Made by a program: the position numbers and the translations under genes
Notes under the pieces: model-generated
The model's input: the letters and a program-made list of their open reading frames with translations, nothing else
What the model was told of the DNA's origin: nothing
Database searches by the model: none
Shown: positions 30,687 through 39,461 of the stretch, piece by piece
Numbering within the stretch: the first letter of the stretch is position 1
Layout of the letters: every line of letters begins with the position of its first letter
Source: an uncultured Gemmatimonadales bacterium
Lineage (GTDB): Bacteria > Gemmatimonadota > Gemmatimonadetes > Longimicrobiales > RSA9
Direction: 5' to 3'
Length of the DNA: 64,000 bases
Assembly (NCBI GenBank): GCA_963741945.1
Contig: CAVUKA010000001.1
Span: 608,001-672,000, forward strand

Positions 30687-30829
30687 CCGTGCTCCGTCTG
30701 GCGTGTCCGGCAGTTCCCATCCGATGACCGCAAGAACACGAGCCGGCTCTCTGCCGTCCGAGCACCGAACCCCCGGACCCGGTCACGCCAGACGGACCAC
30801 GGACACGCAGTTCACAAACAGGGAGCACG
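30687..30829. repeat. 143-bp structured repeat, copy 1 (24-bp inverted arms)
   Basis: Ungapped match to 31441-31583 with 11 mismatches by hand alignment; arms 30687-30710 and 30779-30802. Confidence 0.95.
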
Positions 30830-30945
30830 TACGCGATCCCGCACCCGGCCCGTCCCGATCCGCCCCCCGTTCGACCCTCACGGCCATGGAGCACGCGCCG
30901 TCTGGGGCTCAGATTGAACTCCGGTCCGTCAACGGAGTGGCCGCG

Positions 30946-31323
30946 ATGCAGGAACCCGGGACAGTCTTCGAGTTCGAGAAGCTGGATGTGTACCAGCGGG
31001 CACTGGAGCTCAGGCCGCTCATTGCCGAGCTCGTGGCTACGCTGCCGCCCGGCTACGGCGACCTCCGCAGCCAGGCCGGCCGCTCTGAACGATCCATCCG
31101 TCTCAACATCGCCGAGGGCTCAGGCCGCCGACGCCCCGGCGGCAAGGTGGAGCGCTACCGCACCGCGCGCGGCTCCGCCAACGAGTGTGCCGCCGCCGTG
31201 GACGAGATCCGGCGACTCGGCTGCGCCGACACGCACCTCGCCCAGGAAGCCCTCACGCTCCTGCACCGGATCGTCTCCATGCTCACCCGCCTGATCATGA
31301 CCTGGGAAAAGCGACAGGATTGA
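30946..31323 (+). CDS. Four-helix-bundle protein (23S rRNA IVP / Avd-like family)
   Basis: FEKLDVYQRA..DLRSQ..RS..SI.LNIAEGSGR..ARGSANEC..RIVSMLTRL signature; GGAG RBS; 125 aa. Confidence 0.9.
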   Translation: MQEPGTVFEFEKLDVYQRALELRPLIAELVATLPPGYGDLRSQAGRSERSIRLNIAEGSGRRRPGGKVERYRTARGSANECAAAVDEIRRLGCADTHLAQEALTLLHRIVSMLTRLIMTWEKRQD

Positions 31324-31334
31324 CGCCCCGTGCC

Positions 31335-31440
31335 CCGGCCGTTTTCGTGTCCGTGTCCCGTGCTCCGGCCGTTTCGTGTCCGTGTTCCGTGCCCCGGCCG
31401 TTTCGTGTCCGTGTCTGCCCCGGCCGTTTCGTGTCCGTGT
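31335..31440. repeat. Tandem array 2: four CCGGCCGTTT(T)CGTGTCCG units
   Basis: Units at 31335, 31365, 31394 and 31420. Confidence 0.95.
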
Positions 31441-31583
31441 CCGTGCTCCGTCTGGCGTGTCCGGCAGTTCCCGTCCGATGACCGCAAAGACATGAGCCGG
31501 GTCTCTGAGATCCGAGCACCGAACCCCCGGACCCGGTCACGCCAGACGGACCACGGACACGCAGTTCACACCCAGGCAGCACG
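31441..31583. repeat. 143-bp structured repeat, copy 2 (29-bp inverted arms)
   Basis: Direct repeat of 30687-30829 at offset 754; arms 31436-31464 and 31533-31561. Confidence 0.95.
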
Positions 31584-31587
31584 CAGT

Positions 31588-33579
31588 TCACACCCCCAGC
31601 TTCGCCTTGACCTCGTACAGCTCGTCCCTCAGCTGCGCCGCCCGTTCGAAATCCATGGCGGCCGCCGCCTGCTTCATCTGCTCTTCCAGGATCTTCGCCC
31701 ACTGCTCCAGGTCCACCTCGTCCGCGTAGCTCGGCTTCGGCTCGGCCACTTTCGCCAGCCGTTCCGCGCGCGCGTCGGCCACGCGCGTGCTCAGGATCAT
31801 CTGCTCGATGCTCTTCACGATGCTCTGCGGCGTGATCCCGTGCTCCTCGTTGTACGCCACCTGCACGGCCCGGCGGCGGTCCGTTTCCCCGATCGCCTCT
31901 TCCATGGACCGGGTGACCCGGTCCGCGTACATGATGGCGCGGCCCTCCACGTGCCGGGCCGCGCGGCCGACCGTCTGGATGAGCGAGCGAGCGTCGCGGA
32001 GGAAGCCCTCCTTGTCCGCGTCCAGGATGGCGACGAGGCTCACTTCCGGCAGGTCCAGCCCCTCCCGCAGCAGGTTGATCCCCACCAGCACGTCGAACCG
32101 TCCCAGCCGCAGGTCGCGCAGGATCTCCATGCGCTCGATGGCATCGATGTCCGCGTGCATGTAGCGGACGCGCACGCCCACCTGCTGGAGGTAGTCGGTC
32201 AGGTCTTCCGCCATCCGCTTGGTCAGCGTGGTGACCAGCACCCGTTCGCCTTTCGCTTCCCGCTCCCGGATCTCCGCCAGGAGGTCGTCGATCTGGCCTT
32301 TCACCGGGCGCACGTCGATGGCCGGGTCCACCAGCCCGGTGGGGCGGATCAGCTGCTCCACCACCACCCCGCCGCTCTTCTCCAGCTCGTAGTCGCCCGG
32401 CGTGGCGCTGACGTAGATGATCCTGTCCAGGAGGCTCTCCCACTCATCGAAGCGGAGCGGGCGGTTGTCCAGGGCGCTGGGCAGCCGGAAACCGTAGTCC
32501 ACCAGCGTCGTCTTCCGCGCGCGGTCGCCATTGTACATGCCCCGGATCTGCGGCAGGCTCTGGTGGCTCTCGTCCAGGATCACCAGGAAGTCGTCCGGGA
32601 AGTAGTCGTACAGGCACGCCGGGCGCTCGCCCGCCGACCGGCCCGTGAGATGGCGCGAGTAGTTCTCGATTCCCGGACACGTCCCGATCTCGAGCATCAT
32701 CTCCATGTCGAAATGCGTCCGCTGCTCCAGCCGCTGCGCTTCCAGCAGCTTCCCCGCCGCGCGCAGCTCCAGCAGCCGCGCCTCCAGCTCCACGCCGATC
32801 AGGTCCACCGCCCGCACGATCCGGCTCCGGTCCGTGACGAAGTGCGTGGCCGGGTAGATGGCCGCCCGCTCCATGCGCGTGATCGTCTCGCCCGTGAGCG
32901 GGTCGAAGCGCGTGATCCGCTCCACCTCGTCGCCCCACAGCTCGATCCGGACCGCCTGCTCCTCGTACGCCGGGTAGATCTCCACCACGTCGCCCCGCAC
33001 CCGGAACACGCCGCGCGTGAACTCGAAGTCGTTGCGCGCGTACTGGATCCGGACCAGCCCCTCCAGGATCTCACGCCGCCCGATCTCCTGCCCCACCTCC
33101 ATCATCAGCATGAGCTCCCGGTACTGTCGCGGGTCGCCCAGCCCGTAGATGCTGCTCACGCTGGCGACGATGACCACGTCGTCCCGCTCCATCAGCGCGC
33201 TCGTCGCCCGCAGACGCAGCCGCTCGATGTCCTCGTTGATGCTCGCGTCCTTCTCGATGTACGTGTCGCTCGAAGCGACGTACGCCTCCGGCTGGTAGTA
33301 GTCGTAGTAGCTGATGAAGAACTCCACCGCGTTCCTCGGGAAGAACTGCTTCAGCTCCCCGTACAGCTGCGCCGCCAGCGTCTTGTTGTGGCTCATCACC
33401 AGCGTCGGGCGACCGTGGTTGGCGATCACGTTCGCCATGGTCACCGTCTTCCCCGACCCCGTCACGCCCAGCAGCGTCTGGAACGGATCGCCCCGCCGCA
33501 GCCCTTCCGTCAACTCCGCCACCGCACGCGGCTGATCGCCCTGGAGCGGGAACGGGAGCTCGAGTTCGAATGTGCTCAT
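31588..33579 (-). CDS. uvrB: Excinuclease ABC subunit B
   Basis: [53 protein letters not shown] and C-terminal UVR domain. Confidence 0.98.
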   Translation of the reverse strand: MSTFELELPFPLQGDQPRAVAELTEGLRRGDPFQTLLGVTGSGKTVTMANVIANHGRPTLVMSHNKTLAAQLYGELKQFFPRNAVEFFISYYDYYQPEAYVASSDTYIEKDASINEDIERLRLRATSALMERDDVVIVASVSSIYGLGDPRQYRELMLMMEVGQEIGRREILEGLVRIQYARNDFEFTRGVFRVRGDVVEIYPAYEEQAVRIELWGDEVERITRFDPLTGETITRMERAAIYPATHFVTDRSRIVRAVDLIGVELEARLLELRAAGKLLEAQRLEQRTHFDMEMMLEIGTCPGIENYSRHLTGRSAGERPACLYDYFPDDFLVILDESHQSLPQIRGMYNGDRARKTTLVDYGFRLPSALDNRPLRFDEWESLLDRIIYVSATPGDYELEKSGGVVVEQLIRPTGLVDPAIDVRPVKGQIDDLLAEIREREAKGERVLVTTLTKRMAEDLTDYLQQVGVRVRYMHADIDAIERMEILRDLRLGRFDVLVGINLLREGLDLPEVSLVAILDADKEGFLRDARSLIQTVGRAARHVEGRAIMYADRVTRSMEEAIGETDRRRAVQVAYNEEHGITPQSIVKSIEQMILSTRVADARAERLAKVAEPKPSYADEVDLEQWAKILEEQMKQAAAAMDFERAAQLRDELYEVKAKLGV

Positions 33580-33939
33580 GATGGGCGAAGATACACCGAA
33601 GCAACCCGCGGGTTCTAGGGGCGCGCCTTCCAGGCCCCGGAACACCCTGACGGACACGAAGTGCACGACGCGTCGAAGCCCGACGAACGTCCGCCCTTCC
33701 TCACCGCCGCGCCTCCAGATCGTCCCGCATTGCTATCGGCGTGGTCCGTCCCGTGCGTTACCGTGCGCGAGGGATTCGAATCGGGTGTGAGCGCAGGGGC
33801 GCCCGGCCGCGGCCATGGCCATCAGCGGAGACCTGGCCGGGATATCGGGATCGACCACGCACGAAACGCCGGCGGGGGACCCAGAATCGGTCGCCCCAGC
33901 GCTCCGCCCGTTCTCCCCCCAGCCGTCCTCCGCCCCCCG

Positions 33940-34030
33940 CCGCGTTCTTCGCGTCTTCGCGTGAACCCGCCGTCCTTCGTGCCCTCCCCGTTCTTCGAGC
34001 TCTTCGTGTCACGCCGTCCTCCGCCCCCCT
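33940..34030. repeat. Second copy of the CTTCG-periodic intergenic element
   Basis: CCGCGTTCTTCGCGTCTTCGCGTGA...CTTCGAGCTCTTCGTGTCACGCCGT is collinear with 13804-13885. Confidence 0.8.
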
Positions 34031-34127
34031 CGGTGCTCTCCGTCACCGTCTTGCCCGCACACCGCCCGTTCGACTATCCTTCGCCCCGTTCACCGCGCGC
34101 ACCCGAGCCTCCCCACCGCTGCCCCGT

Positions 34128-34946
34128 ATGACCGACCTTTCCCGCGAGCTCAGTGTCGCTGCGCGCCTGGCCCGTAGCGCCGGCGCGGCCGCCATGGCCC
34201 TGTATGGCGACGTGGAGGCCCGCGAGAAGCCGGGCGGCTCGCCCGTGACGGCCGCCGACCACGCCGCGAACGGCGTCATCGTGGCCGGGCTGCGTGCCGC
34301 GTTCCCGGGCGACCCGATCCTCTCGGAGGAATCGCGGGACGACCGCTCCCGCCTGGAGTCGGAGCGCGTGTGGATCGTGGATCCGCTGGACGGGACGAAG
34401 GAGTTCCTGGCGCAGAATGGCGAGTTCGCCATCATGATCGGGCTGGCCGTGGGCGGTGCGGCCGTCCTCGGGGTGGTGTACCAGCCGGACGGCGATGCGC
34501 TCTTCGCGGCGGCCGTGGGCGCGGGCGCCTGGGTGGAGCGAGGCGCCGACCGTCGCCCGCTGGCGCGCGACGCGGCGGACCCGTCGAAGCTCCGCATGGT
34601 GGGCTCGCGCTCGCACGCGGACCCCGTGGTGGAGCAGATCCGCGAGCGTCTGGGCGTGGACGACGTTGCGCCCAGCGGGTCCGTGGGTGTGAAGTGCGCG
34701 CTCATCGCCGAGGGTGCGCGCGACGTGTACGTCCACCCGGTCCCCTACCTGAAGGAGTGGGACACGTGCGCGCCGGAAGTCATCCTGCGGGAAGCGGGCG
34801 GCCGCGTGACCGACTGCCTCGGCCGGCCGCTGGCGTACAACAAGCCGGACACGCACCAGCCCGATGGCATTGTGGCCACGGCACCCGGTGTGCACGAGCG
34901 GGTGCTGGCCGTGGTGGAGCCGATCTACCGATCGGCGAAGAGCTGA
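34128..34946 (+). CDS. cysQ: 3'(2'),5'-bisphosphate nucleotidase CysQ
   Basis: SPVTAAD, ILSEE, WIVDPLDGTKEF, SRSH, GSVG.K and EWDTCA motifs. Confidence 0.92.
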   Translation: MTDLSRELSVAARLARSAGAAAMALYGDVEAREKPGGSPVTAADHAANGVIVAGLRAAFPGDPILSEESRDDRSRLESERVWIVDPLDGTKEFLAQNGEFAIMIGLAVGGAAVLGVVYQPDGDALFAAAVGAGAWVERGADRRPLARDAADPSKLRMVGSRSHADPVVEQIRERLGVDDVAPSGSVGVKCALIAEGARDVYVHPVPYLKEWDTCAPEVILREAGGRVTDCLGRPLAYNKPDTHQPDGIVATAPGVHERVLAVVEPIYRSAKS

Positions 34947-34967
34947 ATCACTGAACCTCTCCGGGGC

Positions 34968-35594
34968 ATGCCGAAGTCGAAGAACATCTACTGGACGAAG
35001 ACGAAGATCACGCGCGACGAGCGTGAGGACGCGCAGGGGCATCGGGGCGTGACGCTCTGGTTCACGGGCCTCAGTGGCTCCGGCAAGAGCACCCTGGCCA
35101 CGGCGCTGGAGGAGCGCCTGTTCCGCCGCGGCTGCCGCACGTACGTGCTCGATGGCGACAACGTGCGTCACGGCCTGAACCGCGACCTCGGCTTCAGCCC
35201 GGCCGACCGCACGGAGAACATCCGCCGGATCGGCGAGGTGGCGAAGCTGTTCACCGATTCCGGGACCGTGGTGCTGACCGCGTTCATCTCACCGTACCGG
35301 GAGGACCGGGACAACGTGCGGGCGATCATGGCCCGCGGCGACTTCATCGAGATCTACGTGGAAGCGCCACTGGAAGTGTGCGAGGAGCGGGACCCGAAGG
35401 GGCTGTACCGGAAGGCGCGTGCGGGCGAGATCCTCGAGTTCACCGGCATTTCGGCCCCGTACGAGGAGCCCGCATCGCCGGAAGTGCTGGTCCAGACGTC
35501 GGACCGTGATGTCGAGGACTGCGTCCAGCAGATCGTGGACTTCCTGGAGTCCAACGGCTACCTCGTCCCGGAGCCCGAGCCCGCGGCCGGCTGA
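34968..35594 (+). CDS. cysC: Adenylyl-sulfate kinase
   Basis: [29 protein letters not shown] and FTGISAPYE motifs. Confidence 0.97.
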   Translation: MPKSKNIYWTKTKITRDEREDAQGHRGVTLWFTGLSGSGKSTLATALEERLFRRGCRTYVLDGDNVRHGLNRDLGFSPADRTENIRRIGEVAKLFTDSGTVVLTAFISPYREDRDNVRAIMARGDFIEIYVEAPLEVCEERDPKGLYRKARAGEILEFTGISAPYEEPASPEVLVQTSDRDVEDCVQQIVDFLESNGYLVPEPEPAAG

Positions 35595-35608
35595 GCGCGG
35601 CGCTCCTC

Positions 35609-37378
35609 ATGACCGGCGACGCCTGGCTCACGCTGGCCGTGGTGGCGGTCGTGGTCGTGGTCCTGGCCCGCGACCTCTTCGCGCCATCCCTCACGCTCCT
35701 CGGCGGCGTGGTGGCGCTCCTCGTCGCGGGCGTCATCACGCCCGCACAGGCGTTCAGCGGCTTCGCCAACCCCGCGCCCATCACTGTGGCCGCGCTTTTC
35801 GTGCTGGCCGCGGCCGTGGAGAAGACGGGCGCGCTCCAGCCGCTGGTGAACGCCGTCCTCGGCGCGCCGGCGGGGCGCCGCCGCGTTCTGACGCGCATCG
35901 TCGCACCGGCTGCGGGCGCGTCGGCGTTCCTGAACAACACGCCGCTGGTCGCGATGTTCGCGCCCCAGATCGCCGGCTGGGCGGAGCGCAACGGCGAGTC
36001 CCCGTCGCGCTACCTCATGCCCCTCTCCTTCGCATCGATCCTGGGCGGAATGGTGACGCTCATCGGCACGTCCACGAACCTGGTGGTGTCCGGCCTTCTG
36101 GTGGCCCGCGGCCGGCCGCCCCTGGGCATGTTCGAGCTCACGCCCATCGGCCTCCCCGTGGCGCTCGTCGGACTCGGCCTCATCGTGCTCCTCGCCCCAC
36201 GCCTCCTCCCACCCCGCCGCTCGCCGCTGGCCCAGGCCACCGAGGAGCTGCGCGAGTTCGCCGTGAACATGGACGTGGTCCACGGCGGTGCCATTGATGG
36301 CCGCACCGTGGAGGCCGCCGGGCTGCGCAACTTGCGCGGGCTGTTCCTGGTGGAAGTCCGCCGCGCCCGCGACCTCATTTCCCCGGTCACGCCCCAGACG
36401 GTGCTCCACGGCGGCGACCAGCTCACGTTCATCGGCCGCGCGGACGACGTCGTGGACCTGCAGCGCAGTCGCGGCCTCGTCTCGTCCGAGCAGGACCACC
36501 TGCAGCTTTTCGACGCCCCCGACCACACGTTCTTCGAAGTGGTCCTGGGCGAGGCGTCGCCGCTGGTGGGACGGACGCTGAAGGAGGCCGAGTTCCGCGG
36601 CCGCTACCAGTCCGCCGTCCTCGCCATTCACCGCGCCGGCCAGCGCGTGCGCGACAAGCTCGGCCGCGTCCCGCTCAAGGTGGGCGACACGCTCGTCGTT
36701 CTCGCCGACCCCGGCTTCCGTGACCGCTGGCGCGACCGCTCCGATTTCCTCCTGGTCTCTCGCCTCGGCGGCTCGCCCCCCATCACGAGCCGCCAGGCGT
36801 GGGTGGTCGGCGGCATCGGCATCGGCATCGTCCTCGCCGCCGCCACCGGTGTCATGCCCGTGCTCAATGCCGCGCTCCTGGGCGCGCTCGCGCTCCTGGC
36901 GCTGCGCGTCCTCACGCCCGGCGAAGCGCGTGCGGCCGTTGACCTGGATGTGATTTTCGTCATTGCCGCCGCGTTCGGCCTGGCCGCCGCCATGGAGTCC
37001 TCCGGCCTCGCCGGCCTGGCCGCCCACGCCCTCGTGTCCGGCTTCGGCGCCCTCGGCCCCGTCGGCGCGCTCCTCGGCGTGGTCCTGGCCACGGTGCTGC
37101 TGACCGAACTCGTCACCAACAACGCCGCCGCCGTTCTCCTCTTCCCCATCGCGTTCAGCACGGCCCTGGACGTGGGCGCCGACCCGCGCGGCTTCGCCGT
37201 GGCCATTGCCCTGGCCGCCTCCGCCTCCTTCCTCACCCCCGTCGGCTACCAGACCAACACCATGGTCTACGGCGCCGGCGGCTACCGCTTCTCCGACTAC
37301 GCCCGCCTCGGCGCGCCGCTCACCGCCGTGGTCGTGGTCATGGTGGTCTGGGTCGTGTCCGCGCTCTATCTGCCGTAG
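35609..37378 (+). CDS. SLC13/DASS permease with TrkA-C domains (probable sulfate transporter)
   Basis: SAFLNNTP, TLIGTSTNL, TELVTNNAAA and TPVGYQTN motifs; located between cysC and sat. Confidence 0.9.
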   Translation: MTGDAWLTLAVVAVVVVVLARDLFAPSLTLLGGVVALLVAGVITPAQAFSGFANPAPITVAALFVLAAAVEKTGALQPLVNAVLGAPAGRRRVLTRIVAPAAGASAFLNNTPLVAMFAPQIAGWAERNGESPSRYLMPLSFASILGGMVTLIGTSTNLVVSGLLVARGRPPLGMFELTPIGLPVALVGLGLIVLLAPRLLPPRRSPLAQATEELREFAVNMDVVHGGAIDGRTVEAAGLRNLRGLFLVEVRRARDLISPVTPQTVLHGGDQLTFIGRADDVVDLQRSRGLVSSEQDHLQLFDAPDHTFFEVVLGEASPLVGRTLKEAEFRGRYQSAVLAIHRAGQRVRDKLGRVPLKVGDTLVVLADPGFRDRWRDRSDFLLVSRLGGSPPITSRQAWVVGGIGIGIVLAAATGVMPVLNAALLGALALLALRVLTPGEARAAVDLDVIFVIAAAFGLAAAMESSGLAGLAAHALVSGFGALGPVGALLGVVLATVLLTELVTNNAAAVLLFPIAFSTALDVGADPRGFAVAIALAASASFLTPVGYQTNTMVYGAGGYRFSDYARLGAPLTAVVVVMVVWVVSALYLP

Positions 37379-37488
37379 CTCCGCCGCCTGCCGGCCGCGC
37401 CACCCGTGCCGCAGCGACGCCGTTGAGCCTCACGAGCCCCTCCGTTACCTTCGACCGCTCTCAGGACCCCGACCCGAACGCGAAGCCC

Positions 37489-38634
37489 ATGACCATAGCA
37501 CCGTACGGAGGCCACCTCGTCGATCGCACCCTTTCTGGCGACGAGGCGGCCGACGCCCGCGCGCGCGCCGACGCACTCCCCCGCGTGCCCCTCTCTCCCG
37601 TGGCCCTGTCCGACCTCTATCTCATCGCCGTGGGCGGCTTCAGCCCTCTCACCGGGTTCATGGGGAGCGGCGACTACGAGCGCGTCCTCGACGAGATGAC
37701 GCTGGCCGGCGGGCTCCCCTGGTCCATCCCCGTCACCCTCCCCGTGCACGACGTCGCCGGCTTTGGCCCCGGAGACGAGATCGCCCTCGTCGCCCCCGAT
37801 GGCGACGTCGCCGCGCTCATGCGCGTGGAGGAAGTGTTCGGCTGGGACCGCGAGCGCGAGGCCCGGGCGGTCTACGGCACCACCGACCGCGACCACCCCG
37901 GCGTCGCCCGCCTGGACCAGCGCGGCGATCACCTGGTGGCCGGCCCCATCGAGTACGTCTACGCGCGCGACATCACCGGCTTCCCCGACCGGAACCTCAC
38001 GCCCGCCGCCACGCGCGCCGAGTTCGAACGCCGCGGCTGGAACACCGTGGTGGCGTTCCAGACCCGCAACCCCGTGCACCGGGCGCACGAGTACCTGCAG
38101 AAGTCCGCGCTGGAAATGGTGGACGGGCTCCTCCTCCACCCGCTGGTCGGCGACACGAAGCAGGACGACATCCCGGCCGACGTCCGCATGCGCTGCTACG
38201 ACGTCATCCTCGAGCACTACTACCCGGCCGACCGCGTGGTCCTCGGCGTCCTCCCCGCCGCCATGCGATACGCGGGACCGCGCGAGGCCATCTTCCACGC
38301 CATCATGCGGCGCAACTACGGCTGCACCCACTTCATCGTCGGCCGCGACCACGCCGGCGTGGGCGACTACTACGGCACGTACGACGCCCAGCACATCTTC
38401 GACCGCGTCGACATGCAGAAGCTCGGCATCCAGCCGCTCAAGTTCGAGCACGCCATGTACTGCACGCGCTGTCAGCAGATGGTCTCGCGCAAGACCTGCC
38501 CGCACGGCAGCGACGCCCACGTGTTCCTCTCCGGCACGAAAGTCCGCGAGATGCTGGCCCGTGGCGAGCGCCCGCCCAGGGAATTCACGCGCCCCGAAGT
38601 GGCGGACGTGCTGGTGGCCGCGTTCGCCCCGTAG
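37489..38634 (+). CDS. sat: Sulfate adenylyltransferase
   Basis: FSPLTGFM, FQTRNPVHRAHEY, MRYAGPREA, HFIVGRDHAG and LSGTKVR motifs. Confidence 0.97.
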   Translation: MTIAPYGGHLVDRTLSGDEAADARARADALPRVPLSPVALSDLYLIAVGGFSPLTGFMGSGDYERVLDEMTLAGGLPWSIPVTLPVHDVAGFGPGDEIALVAPDGDVAALMRVEEVFGWDREREARAVYGTTDRDHPGVARLDQRGDHLVAGPIEYVYARDITGFPDRNLTPAATRAEFERRGWNTVVAFQTRNPVHRAHEYLQKSALEMVDGLLLHPLVGDTKQDDIPADVRMRCYDVILEHYYPADRVVLGVLPAAMRYAGPREAIFHAIMRRNYGCTHFIVGRDHAGVGDYYGTYDAQHIFDRVDMQKLGIQPLKFEHAMYCTRCQQMVSRKTCPHGSDAHVFLSGTKVREMLARGERPPREFTRPEVADVLVAAFAP

Positions 38635-38672
38635 CGCGCGCGCGCGACGGTACACCACCGGGCCGTTCAGGC

Positions 38673-38707
38673 GAACGGGCCCGGGCCGTGATGGCCCGGG
38701 CCCGTTC
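38673..38707. terminator. Perfect 15-bp stem-loop between convergent genes
   Basis: GAACGGGCCCGGGCC-GTGAT-GGCCCGGGCCCGTTC. Confidence 0.7.
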
Positions 38708-38736
38708 CCGTTCCCGGAGGGCGAGCGGCGAGTCGG

Positions 38737-39231
38737 TCAGTGCGGCCTGATCCGCCCCATCAGGTTCCGGCCGCAATCCACGGTCACCCCGATGGAGAGG
38801 GCGAAGATCCCCAGCGCCACCAGCGCCGCCAGCCCCGAGCTCGCCAGCGGGATGATTCCGCCCACGTAGCCGGAGATCATGGCGATCCCGATCCACCCGG
38901 CCAGGACACCGGCCGCCAGCGTGGCCGGCACCGCGAACAGTGCCCCCATGCACACCTGCCGGAACGCCCGCCGGTGGTCCACTCCCTCGTCCCGGCCCAG
39001 CATCCCGAACGCCGCGCTCACGATGAAGCCGATCACCGCGCCGGCAAGGAAGACCCCCAGGCTCGTCGGAAGCAGCGCGTGTCCGCTCGTCCGCCCGAGC
39101 AGCCCCATCGCCCCGATCACGAAGCCGCCCAGAAGAAGTCCCGTCGATACCGTGCCCGCCAGGACGAGTCGCCCGCTGCTCCCCAGGTCCATCGCGATCG
39201 GCGTCTGCCGTTCCTGATTGCGTGCGCTCAT
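38737..39231 (-). CDS. Hypothetical 4-TM membrane protein
   Basis: 164-aa ORF with four hydrophobic segments; GAAGGGACAGG RBS. Confidence 0.75.
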   Translation of the reverse strand: MSARNQERQTPIAMDLGSSGRLVLAGTVSTGLLLGGFVIGAMGLLGRTSGHALLPTSLGVFLAGAVIGFIVSAAFGMLGRDEGVDHRRAFRQVCMGALFAVPATLAAGVLAGWIGIAMISGYVGGIIPLASSGLAALVALGIFALSIGVTVDCGRNLMGRIRPH

Positions 39232-39287
39232 CCTGTCCCTCCCGGTTCGTGGCGCCCTGCCCTGGTCGCCGTCACCCTCCTACAAGG

Positions 39288-39302
39288 GCACGGCCAGTGC
39301 CA
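39288..39302 (-). promoter_or_regulatory. Sigma54-like -24/-12 promoter
   Basis: TGGCACTGGCCGTGC on the minus strand (GG-N10-GC), 56 nt upstream of the ATG at 39231. Confidence 0.5.
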
Positions 39303-39461
39303 CGATCCCGCGGATCCCTCAAACCCCTTGCAATGACAGGATGTATCGCCCCTTCACCCGCCCTGCCCCGCCCCCCTTGGAACGAGAAAACGCGCGATAT
39401 CGCGCGCTCATGCGTGCGGTTTCGCGCGCTCGGTGGCCGGCCCAGTGGGAAAGGCGGTCGC

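Noticed and set aside
30513-31440. CRISPR array
   Set aside because: The units are adjacent with no unique spacers, and there are no cas genes.
30275-31493. Repetitive ORFs through the arrays (for example TDTKTAG, GHGHENGR and the 30601 extension)
   Set aside because: These are translations of the DNA repeats; the periods 23, 29 and 26 are not multiples of 3, and there is no RBS or codon support.
30687-31583. Diversity-generating retroelement (Avd-like gene plus a TR/VR-like repeat pair)
   Set aside because: No reverse transcriptase is in the window, neither copy lies in a target gene's 3' end, and the mismatches include C/T, C/G and G/C changes rather than being adenine-specific.
30687-31583. 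Integron attC cassette
   Set aside because: No clear RYYYAAC...GTTRRRY ends and no integrase; the resemblance is architectural only.
33603-33614. Palindrome AACCCGCGGGTT upstream of uvrB as an SOS box
   Set aside because: It is a single occurrence, is not seen upstream of radC and does not match a LexA box I can support.
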